A DNA stretch of 51,543 nucleotides, taken from the NCBI GenBank assembly GCA_964543655.1, contig CAZIZE010000026.1, positions 1 through 51,543 of the forward strand, given 5' to 3'. Numbering within the stretch: position 1 is the stretch's first letter; every line of letters starts with the position of its first letter. The DNA comes from an uncultured bacterium (GTDB taxonomy: Bacteria > DYJV01). Under the pieces are notes generated by a model, which did no database searches, was not told where the DNA came from, and worked only from the letters and a program-made list of their open reading frames with translations. Position numbers and translations under genes: made by a program. Below, in pieces: positions 1-8,869 of the stretch.

Positions 1-3
1 AGC

Positions 4-98
4 ACTTGTAAAAATTGCTGTTGGGTTTTAAATTTACTTTTGTATTATTAAAGTGTCTTTCAACGTTGAACTATGAAAGTTGAACCGTAAATTTGTAT
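4..98. repeat. Dispersed intergenic repeat copy A (heptamer array with palindrome TTCAACGTTGAA at 59-70)
   Basis: Aligns by eye to the reverse complement of 31160-31310 and to 36042-36080. Confidence 0.7.
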
Positions 99-207
99 AA
101 AAAAGTTATTCTGATTCTCAGGAAGGTGAAGAAGAATCAATTTCCTGATGTTTTGAAAAAATTGCTGAAAATTAACATATACACAACTTGAAAACATTAA
201 TTAAAAT

Positions 208-1842
208 TTAATAAGAATTTATAAAAAAATTGTAAAGCTGTAAAGGAAGGTGGCAATTTGTTAATTGAAAGGCTTTATGCTTTGGAAATATGAGAAAAGC
301 ATCATTCTGGTTAAAACCTATGCCACCATGACATGACATCTGGTCTTCAAAATTTATAATATGTTTATTAAAATAATTTGAAAAAATTAAAATATCACCA
401 GATTCCTCATGCTTAACCATGTTTTCAAGATAGATTAACTCATTTTCATTTAATATAATTTTTTTCAATTCACCCTCTACTATTTTCCCATTTTTAATTT
501 TAGAATATGAGTTTTTTTCAAGGATAATCACGCTATTATTTTCATGTTGCATACATAACCATCCAATACCTCTATGTGAAAGGAGTTCTATTAAAATAAA
601 ATTATACTCTCTGGTTATTTCATTGAAATTTATTTTATTTTCAAATTTATTAAAATAAAGATGGCTAACAGGACCAAATGAAACTAAGTTTATCTCTTTT
701 ATGTTGAATTGATATAGATTTTTTCCAAGATAATTGTTCCTATAAATTCTGGAAAAAAATTTTGGTATATCTCCTTTTAAAGAGTGTATTTTGATTTTAT
801 TTAAAATGTGAAATTGAATATTTCTTCTCTTTTTACTAAATCTATCAGAATGTTCTTCAACCTGATATTTTTTTAAAATATCCTTAACATTTTTTTTAAA
901 AAGCTTATAAAATGGGACTGAGTTTGCTGAACCATGATCTGAAAGGATGAAAATATCATATTTTCTTACTTTTGAATATTTGGCAAATTGAAAGATTTTA
1001 AAAACAGATTTATCTATTAGTTTCAATATTTTTAAACTGCTTCTTGAAGTTGCTCCTCTCTGATGTGCAAGCTCATCATAGGCATTTAAAGTTAGGTAAA
1101 TTTTTGATGTTCCACATAAAATTTCAGTGCAGACTCCACTTGTAATATATTCGGTAATTATAACATTATTTAAAATTCTTAAAAAAGGAAAAAACATGGA
1201 ATTTCTCTGAGTAAGATCATTAAAATAGTAGTAAAGATTATCTTTTATTTCATTAATTAACTCTTTTAATGACCAGTAAGCTACTCTAATAATGGTAAAA
1301 ATATTTAAAAAAATTATTAATGCTATTTTTAATCCAGAAAGCCTTTTTCTTAAAGAAGTTTTTAAGATTTTACTCATAGTTAAATAATTTCTACTGGCAT
1401 CACCACTATAAAAGTTAAGATATGAGGCTCCATTTTTTAAAATACCTTTTTTACCACTTTTTTTTATGCAATTTTCCACCTCTTCAGCTGTTTCTGGATT
1501 TAAAAAAGTGTAATATTTTTTTCTTTTTTTATTAAACCATCTAAAACCTGGCAATGCTTCTATATCACCATACATAATCACTTTTTGAAAAAAAGGTGTA
1601 TTGGAAGGTAGTGGTGAATAAATTTTTTTTAAAATAAATTTATCATTTAAGATGTATTTTTTAATATTTTTTAAATAACCTTTTTCAAGGGCAAATTGTA
1701 AGGTATTATATGATAATCCATCAATTTGTATTATTATGAAACCTCTTTTAACTTCTCTATCCTGTGGGAAATTGAGGAAGCTACGAATTAACTTCAGTTT
1801 TAATAGATTAAGATAGTAAAGAAATTTTTTTATAATATCCAT
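208..1842 (-). CDS. Alkaline phosphatase superfamily protein (type I phosphodiesterase/nucleotide pyrophosphatase-like)
   Basis: Metal-site motifs IQIDGLS, PSNTP, DELAH, LSDHG, CHGG; internal hydrophobic segment. Confidence 0.7.
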   Translation of the reverse strand: MDIIKKFLYYLNLLKLKLIRSFLNFPQDREVKRGFIIIQIDGLSYNTLQFALEKGYLKNIKKYILNDKFILKKIYSPLPSNTPFFQKVIMYGDIEALPGFRWFNKKRKKYYTFLNPETAEEVENCIKKSGKKGILKNGASYLNFYSGDASRNYLTMSKILKTSLRKRLSGLKIALIIFLNIFTIIRVAYWSLKELINEIKDNLYYYFNDLTQRNSMFFPFLRILNNVIITEYITSGVCTEILCGTSKIYLTLNAYDELAHQRGATSRSSLKILKLIDKSVFKIFQFAKYSKVRKYDIFILSDHGSANSVPFYKLFKKNVKDILKKYQVEEHSDRFSKKRRNIQFHILNKIKIHSLKGDIPKFFSRIYRNNYLGKNLYQFNIKEINLVSFGPVSHLYFNKFENKINFNEITREYNFILIELLSHRGIGWLCMQHENNSVIILEKNSYSKIKNGKIVEGELKKIILNENELIYLENMVKHEESGDILIFSNYFNKHIINFEDQMSCHGGIGFNQNDAFLIFPKHKAFQLTNCHLPLQLYNFFINSY

Positions 1843-1969
1843 TTTAATCAGTTAAAATTTTTTATTTAAGAAAATTATCATAGATAAAATTTTGTTTCAA
1901 TCAAAAACAATTGAAATTTTACAATGAATATTGTATTAACTTTGAAAATAATATAAAAGGAGGTAAATT

Positions 1970-2323
1970 ATGAGTAATGATTGTATTTTTTGCAAAATTA
2001 TAAATAAAGAAATTCCAGCAGATGTTGTTTATGAAGATGAAGATATTATTGCTTTTAAAGATATTAACCCCAAAGCACCTGTTCATATTCTTGTGGTTCC
2101 TAAAAAGCATATTCCAACTTTTAATGATATTACAGAGGAGGATTTTGCAATTTATAACAAAATAATTAAAGCTGTTCAGAAAATAGCAAAAGATTTTAAT
2201 GTTGCAGATTCTGGATATAGAGTTTTGGTTAATGTTAATAAAGAAGGTGGCCAGGTAATATATCATTTGCATGTTCATCTATTAGGTGGCAAATTATTTA
2301 GATTTGAGCAAAAAGGGGAATAA
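1970..2323 (+). CDS. hinT: Histidine triad (HIT) nucleotide-binding protein
   Basis: DCIFCKI N-terminus, HLHVHLL triad, RBS AGGAGG. Confidence 0.93.
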   Translation: MSNDCIFCKIINKEIPADVVYEDEDIIAFKDINPKAPVHILVVPKKHIPTFNDITEEDFAIYNKIIKAVQKIAKDFNVADSGYRVLVNVNKEGGQVIYHLHVHLLGGKLFRFEQKGE

Positions 2324-2324
2324 T

Positions 2325-3614
2325 ATGGATTTAAAACAAAAATATAAAACAGTTATGGATGATAATTTTCCAGAAAAAATAGAGATTAAGATTGATAATA
2401 CTGTTCTTGTATATAAAAAAAGAACATGGAAGATTTTTGATGAACAACAAGGGATTTTAATTGAAAAAGGACTTAGATATGGAGAAAATCCAGGGCAGGA
2501 AGCAGCTCTTTATGAACTGATTAATGGTAATCTAATATTAGCTGATTGTAAATATATTGAGCCTAAAAAAGGTCTTGTTAGTTCATTAACTGAGAATGAT
2601 TTTTTACAATTTGGCAAACATCCAGGGAAAATTAATCTAACAGACATTGATGCAGGGCTGAATATTTTAAAATTTCTCAGCAGTCAACCTGCTGTTGTAA
2701 TAGTTAAACATAACAATCCTTGTGGTGTTTCATTTGGAGAAACAATATCTGATGCGTATTTTAAAGCAAATATGGCTGACAGGATTGCAGCTTTTGGAGG
2801 ATGCGCTGTTTTTAATAGAGTTATAGATAAAGAAACTGCTAAGTTAATTTCAGAAAATTATCTTGAAGTTGTTGTAGCACCAGAGTTTGCTGAGGGTAGT
2901 GTTGAAATTTTAAAAAAGAGAAAGAATTTGAGAATAATCAAAATGAATAAAATTGATTCACTTGAAAAATATAAATTTTACAGATTTCTTGATTTTAAAT
3001 CATTAATTGATGGTGGATTAATTTTGCAGCAAAGCCAGCTCAATAAAATAGAGAGCAAAGATGATTTTCTACCAGCAAAAACAATTTATAAAGGTAAAGA
3101 ATACAAGATAGAACGTGAACCAACTGATGATGAATACAATGATATGTTGTTTGGATGGTGGGTTGAGCAAGGAGTTACATCAAATTCAGTAATATATGTA
3201 AAAAATGGGACCACTGTTGGTATAGGCACAGGAGAGCAGGATAGGGTAGGTGTTGCTGAAATAGCAGTTTATAAAGCCTACACAAAGTATGCAGATAAAA
3301 TTTGCTGGGAAAAGTATAAAATTCCTTATAAAACTTTAGAGCTTGAAATAAAAAAAGGGATGAAATCAGAAAAATTAAAAGCTGAAATTGATGAGCAGGT
3401 AAAAGCTGAAAAAGGTGGTTTAATTGGCAGCACAATGGTTTCTGATGCATTTTTCCCATTTAGAGATGGAGTTGATGTAGGAATAGCTCAGGGAATTAGA
3501 GCAATTGTTCAACCTGGTGGGTCTGAGAGAGATTTTGAATCAATAGAAGCATGCAATGAAGCAGAGCCCAAAGTTACAATGGTTTTTACAGGAGAAAGGG
3601 CATTTAAACATTAA
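2325..3614 (+). CDS. purH: PurH-like AICAR transformylase lacking the N-terminal MGS-like domain
   Basis: LRYGENPGQ, KHNNPCG, SDAFFPFRDG, QPGGS, RAFKH; ATG at 2325 just after the HIT stop preferred over GTG 2286. Confidence 0.82.
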   Translation: MDLKQKYKTVMDDNFPEKIEIKIDNTVLVYKKRTWKIFDEQQGILIEKGLRYGENPGQEAALYELINGNLILADCKYIEPKKGLVSSLTENDFLQFGKHPGKINLTDIDAGLNILKFLSSQPAVVIVKHNNPCGVSFGETISDAYFKANMADRIAAFGGCAVFNRVIDKETAKLISENYLEVVVAPEFAEGSVEILKKRKNLRIIKMNKIDSLEKYKFYRFLDFKSLIDGGLILQQSQLNKIESKDDFLPAKTIYKGKEYKIEREPTDDEYNDMLFGWWVEQGVTSNSVIYVKNGTTVGIGTGEQDRVGVAEIAVYKAYTKYADKICWEKYKIPYKTLELEIKKGMKSEKLKAEIDEQVKAEKGGLIGSTMVSDAFFPFRDGVDVGIAQGIRAIVQPGGSERDFESIEACNEAEPKVTMVFTGERAFKH

Positions 3615-3629
3615 CAGATAGAGGATATT

Positions 3630-4517
3630 TTGAAAATAATAAATGACCCATCTGAATATTATAAAAAAAGCCCTGACCTTTTTTTTGAGTATACCATATC
3701 TGAATCTCTATCAAATATGGAATCACCATATTTACAGTTACTTGAGGAAAAGAAACTTTACAGTGAGTTTATTTTTAATTTTTTAAAAAAATATTTAAAA
3801 ATAGAAAAATTTAAAACTATTATAGAGATAGGTGGAGGATATGGTAAGTTTATGAAAAATTTTTTGCAATATGTTCAATTTGAAAAGGTTTTTATGGTGG
3901 ATATTAGCAAAAAATTTTTAGAAATTCAGAAACAGGCGTTATCTGAATATAAAAACATAGAATTTATAGAAAGTGATGGTGTCAGATTTATTAAAAATTT
4001 TAATGGAAGTGTTGATTTAATTATTTTAAATGAAGTAATAGGTGATTTTAAAACATTAATAGATGTTTCCACTGATGAATTTGGAAATTTTTATCAGGTT
4101 AATGTAGATTATCTTCCTAAAAGAACCAATATTAATATTGGTGCACTTGACTTTGTGAATCTTGCAGCTGCTAAATGTAATGCTATCTTTTTTGTTGAGC
4201 ATTCTTCCACATACGAAATTCCATCTTATTTTTCAGATATTTTAATTGATGAAAAGGAGAATTTTTCACCAAAAGAAATTAAATTAATGGGACATTCAGA
4301 ATATTCTATCAATTTTAGAATGCTTCAGGAAGTATCAGAATATGCTTGTTTTAAAACAGTTAGAAAGCATTTAATGGATGTTATCCCGGTTAAAAGAAAT
4401 AAAATAGTTGAATTTGTGCTAAAATCAAATACTCATCAAACAGAGTTTCATGAAATTATAGATGAGTTTTACAATCATATAAAAGAGTATGAGGTTCTTC
4501 TCTGTTACAAAGGTTAG
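3630..4517 (+). CDS. Class I SAM-dependent methyltransferase
   Basis: IIEIGGGYG motif I, VDIS, LNEVIGD. Confidence 0.7.
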   Translation: MKIINDPSEYYKKSPDLFFEYTISESLSNMESPYLQLLEEKKLYSEFIFNFLKKYLKIEKFKTIIEIGGGYGKFMKNFLQYVQFEKVFMVDISKKFLEIQKQALSEYKNIEFIESDGVRFIKNFNGSVDLIILNEVIGDFKTLIDVSTDEFGNFYQVNVDYLPKRTNINIGALDFVNLAAAKCNAIFFVEHSSTYEIPSYFSDILIDEKENFSPKEIKLMGHSEYSINFRMLQEVSEYACFKTVRKHLMDVIPVKRNKIVEFVLKSNTHQTEFHEIIDEFYNHIKEYEVLLCYKG

Positions 4518-4519
4518 AT

Positions 4520-5179
4520 ATGGGTGATGCTGAAAAAATAAAAAAAATGTTTTCCAAAATATCCAATGATTATGACTTCCTTAATCATTTTCTTTCTTTT
4601 GGGATAGATAATCTTTGGAGAAAAAAAGTTGCCAATATTATTAAAGATAAAGGATTTGAAAAAGTTCTTGACATTGCCTGTGGCACTGGTGATCTTACAA
4701 TGGAAATCTCTAAAAAGATAAATAGAGATACATGGGGTATTGATTTTTGCTGGGAAATGATTAAAATAGCTAAGAGAAAGTATAGAAATCTTACCTTTGC
4801 AGTTGGTGATGCAACAAATCTTCCTGTTAAAAATAGTAGCTTTGATGCAGTTACTATTGCATTTGGTATAAGGAATATTCCTGAAAGAGTAAAGGCATTA
4901 AAAGAGTTTTATTATATTTTAAAAAAAAATGGATATTTACTTATTCTTGAATTTTCAATGCCAAAAAATTTTATTATGAAATTCTATTTTAAAAAAGTTT
5001 TACCATTTATTGGAGGTTTGATTTCTGATAAAGAGGCATATACATATTTGCCAGATTCAGTTAAAAATTTTCCAGAAACTAATTTTTTTAAAAAAGAAAT
5101 AGAAGCTGTAGGATTTAAAGTAATTAAAATTCATTCAATGAATTTTGGGCTTGTGAAAATTTATATTGCAGAAAAGTAG
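4520..5179 (+). CDS. menG: Demethylmenaquinone methyltransferase (UbiE/MenG)
   Basis: YDFLNHFLSFGID, VLDIACGTGD, IAFGIRN, AYTYLPDS. Confidence 0.9.
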   Translation: MGDAEKIKKMFSKISNDYDFLNHFLSFGIDNLWRKKVANIIKDKGFEKVLDIACGTGDLTMEISKKINRDTWGIDFCWEMIKIAKRKYRNLTFAVGDATNLPVKNSSFDAVTIAFGIRNIPERVKALKEFYYILKKNGYLLILEFSMPKNFIMKFYFKKVLPFIGGLISDKEAYTYLPDSVKNFPETNFFKKEIEAVGFKVIKIHSMNFGLVKIYIAEK

Positions 5180-5254
5180 AATTAACAAAATTTTATTTGA
5201 CAAAGTAAAACAATTTTTGTATTTAGAAATAAAATAAGCGAAAGGAGTTACAAA

Positions 5255-5713
5255 ATGAAAAGAATACTCAGATTGGTATCAATAGCTTTTCTATTAGTGG
5301 TTTTCTGTGTTGCCTGTGCTAAAAAAGAAGTGGTTAAAAAGCAACCTGTTGTACCATAGCAACAGCCAAAACAGGAAACAACCGTTCAGGAAAAAGCCAA
5401 ACCAGCTCCACAAAAACCTCAGCCTATTTCAACAGAGCAGGTGAAGGCAGCACCAGTAATTTCTTTGCCAATGCTGTATAAAGTTAAGAAAGGTGAATGC
5501 TTGTGGAAAATTTCCAGTTACAAGGAGATATATAATGATCCATTTATGTGGCCACTAATTTATAGAGCTAATAAAGATAAAATAAAGGATCCTGATTTAA
5601 TTTATCCTGGTCAAGTGTTTAATATTGACCGTATGTACACAGAATCTCAAAAAAATAGCGCAATTCATTTTGCCAAAACACGAGGAAAATGGTCTCTATT
5701 TGACGGCAAATAA
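5255..5713 (+). pseudogene. LysM-domain lipoprotein interrupted by an in-frame TAG at 5357-5359
   Basis: RBS AAAGGAG and ATG 5255; signal peptide MKRILRLVSIAFLLVVFCVAC; P/Q/K-rich linker; same frame as the LysM ORF 5441-5713 (YKVKKGECLWKIS...PDLIYPGQ). Confidence 0.75.
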
Positions 5714-5717
5714 TCAT

Positions 5718-5744
5718 AAAAAGCCACCAGGAGGTGGCTTTTTT
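5718..5744 (+). terminator. Intrinsic terminator (possibly bidirectional)
   Basis: AAAAAGCCACC-AGGA-GGTGGCTTTTTT. Confidence 0.85.
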
Positions 5745-5758
5745 AATATTTGGTTATT

Positions 5759-7408
5759 ATGAGAAGATTTATAAATTTTTTAATTTTTTTATTAATAGTA
5801 GGAGCTACTGCTGTTTATCTATTTTTTTATAGAATAGATATAGAAAAAAAGCTTTATTCTAATTATTATCTATTATTCCATTCAAATATTTCTATTAATG
5901 ATTTTCAGAAAGACAATATTTTTCCATGGAAATTTGAGATTGAAGGTATTTCAGGAAAAGATTTTTTTATATCAAAGATTAAATGCAATTTAATAACCAA
6001 AACCCTTGAAATATATGGAATGGAGCTTTTGGCTAATAATGATAAATTTAAAAATAGCATTTCTGATTTAAAATATATTAACTTTCCCATTAATAAAATT
6101 AATATTATTTCAGCTAACATAGCAGGAAAAGATTTTTTACTAAAAAAACTTTTCGGCCAAATCATTGTTTCTAAAAGTGGTATTGCTTCTAAAATGTTTG
6201 GGTACTTAAATAATTTTTTTACTTCAATTAATGGAGGAGTTAATAATTTTAAAGATGTTGTTTTAAATATCAACTTTAGTAATGTTTCTTTAAACAACTT
6301 AGTTAAAGTTTTAAATATCCCTGTAAATTTTCCCAAGAATTACAGTAATATCCAATCTGTGATTAGATATTTTGGGCAAATTAATGGGAAATTGCAAAAG
6401 GAGTTTAAATTAGTTTTTGATAATAATACATTTGTAGGTTTTTTAAATAGCAATGAAGTTGCTACTAATATTTATAATGCGAAAATTATTTTACCTGATA
6501 AAAATGAAGTGGGTTTTTCTGGACAATTTATATCTCCTCAAAATTATAAAATATTTTTAAAAAGCAAAGGAAAGGTTTCAGGAAAGTATAAAGATATTAC
6601 ATTTAATAATGTAAATTTTGAACTTCTTTATGAAAGAAACCTTGACAATAAACAGGAAAGTTTTAATATTGTTGGTGATTCTTTTTCAATTCCTGATAGT
6701 TCCATTTTTTTTGATAACTTAAAATATTCGAATATTAGCATTAAATTACAACAGTTGAAAATAGCTGATACAATTCTTAATAATGTTGATATTTCCACTA
6801 CTGTGTTTAATTCAAAAGTTTCATATAATAAAGTTAATTTTGATATAGATGATGGAAGTTTTATTTTTTCACTTATACCAGAAATTGATTCCAATCCACT
6901 TCAAGTTGCAGCAGATGTAAAAAATATTAATTTAAAAAAATTTTTCAAACTTTTCAATTTATATCCAATTTTTAATGGTAATTTTAACTGCTCCTTTATT
7001 GCAGAAGGTGAAAATGGTAAATTCAATAATGGTAAAGGTTATTTTTTTATAGAGAACTTTATAATAAAAGGGATTAATCTTGATAATATTAGCAAAGAAC
7101 TTTCTGAAAACAATATAGTCAATTTTTCATACATTTATGATAATAGTAGTACCAATTTTGACAATAACAGTTATTCAACAAAGTTTGACCTTATTAAAGG
7201 CTTTGTAAAGCCGTATAAAAATTCCTTAAAATTTTACAAATTATCATTAATGTCAAAGAAAGGGTTATTACTTTTAAATGGTGATTTAAATTTAAAAGAT
7301 TATAATAATTTAATTTTACAGGGAATTTTAAAAACAAAAGAAGTTACACAAAATATTATAATTAATTTAAATTTTGACAAAAAAATAGTTCAAATTATCA
7401 AAAAATGA
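5759..7408 (+). CDS. AsmA-like periplasmic beta-rich protein
   Basis: N-terminal TM anchor, beta-rich body, AsmA-like C-terminal pattern (IKGINL...T.FD...G.LNL); family call weak. Confidence 0.5.
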   Translation: MRRFINFLIFLLIVGATAVYLFFYRIDIEKKLYSNYYLLFHSNISINDFQKDNIFPWKFEIEGISGKDFFISKIKCNLITKTLEIYGMELLANNDKFKNSISDLKYINFPINKINIISANIAGKDFLLKKLFGQIIVSKSGIASKMFGYLNNFFTSINGGVNNFKDVVLNINFSNVSLNNLVKVLNIPVNFPKNYSNIQSVIRYFGQINGKLQKEFKLVFDNNTFVGFLNSNEVATNIYNAKIILPDKNEVGFSGQFISPQNYKIFLKSKGKVSGKYKDITFNNVNFELLYERNLDNKQESFNIVGDSFSIPDSSIFFDNLKYSNISIKLQQLKIADTILNNVDISTTVFNSKVSYNKVNFDIDDGSFIFSLIPEIDSNPLQVAADVKNINLKKFFKLFNLYPIFNGNFNCSFIAEGENGKFNNGKGYFFIENFIIKGINLDNISKELSENNIVNFSYIYDNSSTNFDNNSYSTKFDLIKGFVKPYKNSLKFYKLSLMSKKGLLLLNGDLNLKDYNNLILQGILKTKEVTQNIIINLNFDKKIVQIIKK

Positions 7409-7869
7409 TTAATGGTCTGGATATAATAATTTTACTTGTTTATGTTTTTTTTATAATTAGAGGATTCAACAATGGTTTTATAAGCACCTTTATAACACTT
7501 ATAATAATTCTTGCATCAATTTATGTAGCAATAAATTCCCCTTTGTTGTTGAAAAATATCCCCTATTTTCATACTGAGCAAGATACAATGATTATTGTAA
7601 TAATTTCTTTTTTTATCTGCTTATTTTTAGGTCTATATCTAAAATACAAATTGTTAAAGCCACTTGATTCTATAAAAATTTTTTATTTTCTTGATAAGTT
7701 TTTAGGAGCTCTTTTGGGCATGTTAAAAGCAACTTTAATAGTATTTGGAATTTGTTACATTTTGATGTTTTTTTCTAATACAGTTTTTGTGAAAAATTCA
7801 AAACTTTTTCCCTATGTTGAAAAATATAGCTCTATAGCAATGAAATATGTACAAAAAAATCGTATATAG
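7405..7869 (+). CDS. cvpA: CvpA family (colicin V production) membrane protein
   Basis: LDIIIL...RGF.NGF, LDKFLGALLGMLK, NSKL.PY. Confidence 0.8.
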   Translation: MINGLDIIILLVYVFFIIRGFNNGFISTFITLIIILASIYVAINSPLLLKNIPYFHTEQDTMIIVIISFFICLFLGLYLKYKLLKPLDSIKIFYFLDKFLGALLGMLKATLIVFGICYILMFFSNTVFVKNSKLFPYVEKYSSIAMKYVQKNRI

Positions 7870-8869
7870 TATTATTTTTTTTCTTTTAGTCAATACTCTC
7901 CTATTCGCATCACAAAACATTACTGTTGAATCTACAGGAATAAGTGTTATAAAAGATGAAGTTACTTCAACAAGAGAAAATGCCTTAAATGATGCTTTTA
8001 GAAAAGCTATTAAAAAAGTTTTAAAAAATATCTTAAACTTATCTGATAATAGCTCTTATGAAAACATTTTATCCAATGCAAACAGGTTTATTAATGGTTA
8101 TGAAATTATAGAAGAAAAACAGATAGGTAATATTTTAAATGAAAAAATTAAAGTTAGCATAAATTTACCTCTACTTGAAAAAGCTGTTGATAAAACATCT
8201 TCAACTCAATTAGTTTATGTTGCAATTTTTTGCTCTAATGACAATAGTAGTACAACAATTGATGAAAAATGTAGTGACTTTATAAAAAGAGCTATTAGAG
8301 ACATTCCAAATACTATTTTTTTACCTTATCAGCAAAGTTTAGATTCAACTTTTTCAGAGGTTAAAGATCTGCTTATAGTTGTTAATTACAAGCTTACTCA
8401 AGAAAAGAAAATATACAGTATAGAAAGAGAATTTGATAATGTTTCAATGACACTTTCATGTTATAATAGTAGAAATGAGCAGATTGTTTCTGAAACTTTC
8501 AATACTAAAATTTTAAGAGGTTTTAACGAAAGCATATTTGATAAGTTTGATGCGAATTTTGTTATGAAAATAGAGATTCTAATCAGAAACATTATTGAGA
8601 AAATACAAAATGAACAGGCAAAAAGTATTAACAAAAATATTGAATATTTACTTTTCGTTAACTCACCTAAAAATTATTTACAGGTAAAGTCTGTTACTGA
8701 ATTACTTGATAAATTTAATGTACAATATAGGCTCTATGAAATTAAAAACAACTCTTTTATTTTTAAAATAAAAGGTAAAAATGTAAATGAGATTTTAAAA
8801 ATTTTTAGATTTGCAAATTTCAAATTTAAATATATTAGAGCAGATGGAAATATTACAATTGGATTCTAA
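7847..8869 (+). CDS. Secreted hypothetical protein with an FlgT/LPP20-like N-terminal domain
   Basis: Signal peptide, then VESTG...RENALNDAFRKAI pattern. Confidence 0.45.
   Translation: MYKKIVYSIIFFLLVNTLLFASQNITVESTGISVIKDEVTSTRENALNDAFRKAIKKVLKNILNLSDNSSYENILSNANRFINGYEIIEEKQIGNILNEKIKVSINLPLLEKAVDKTSSTQLVYVAIFCSNDNSSTTIDEKCSDFIKRAIRDIPNTIFLPYQQSLDSTFSEVKDLLIVVNYKLTQEKKIYSIEREFDNVSMTLSCYNSRNEQIVSETFNTKILRGFNESIFDKFDANFVMKIEILIRNIIEKIQNEQAKSINKNIEYLLFVNSPKNYLQVKSVTELLDKFNVQYRLYEIKNNSFIFKIKGKNVNEILKIFRFANFKFKYIRADGNITIGF

Noticed and set aside
5357-5359. Genome-wide TAG reassignment (alternative genetic code)
   Set aside because: TAG ends several genes at their expected C-termini or operon junctions (4517, 5179, 7869, 16094, 17158, 18737, 47351)
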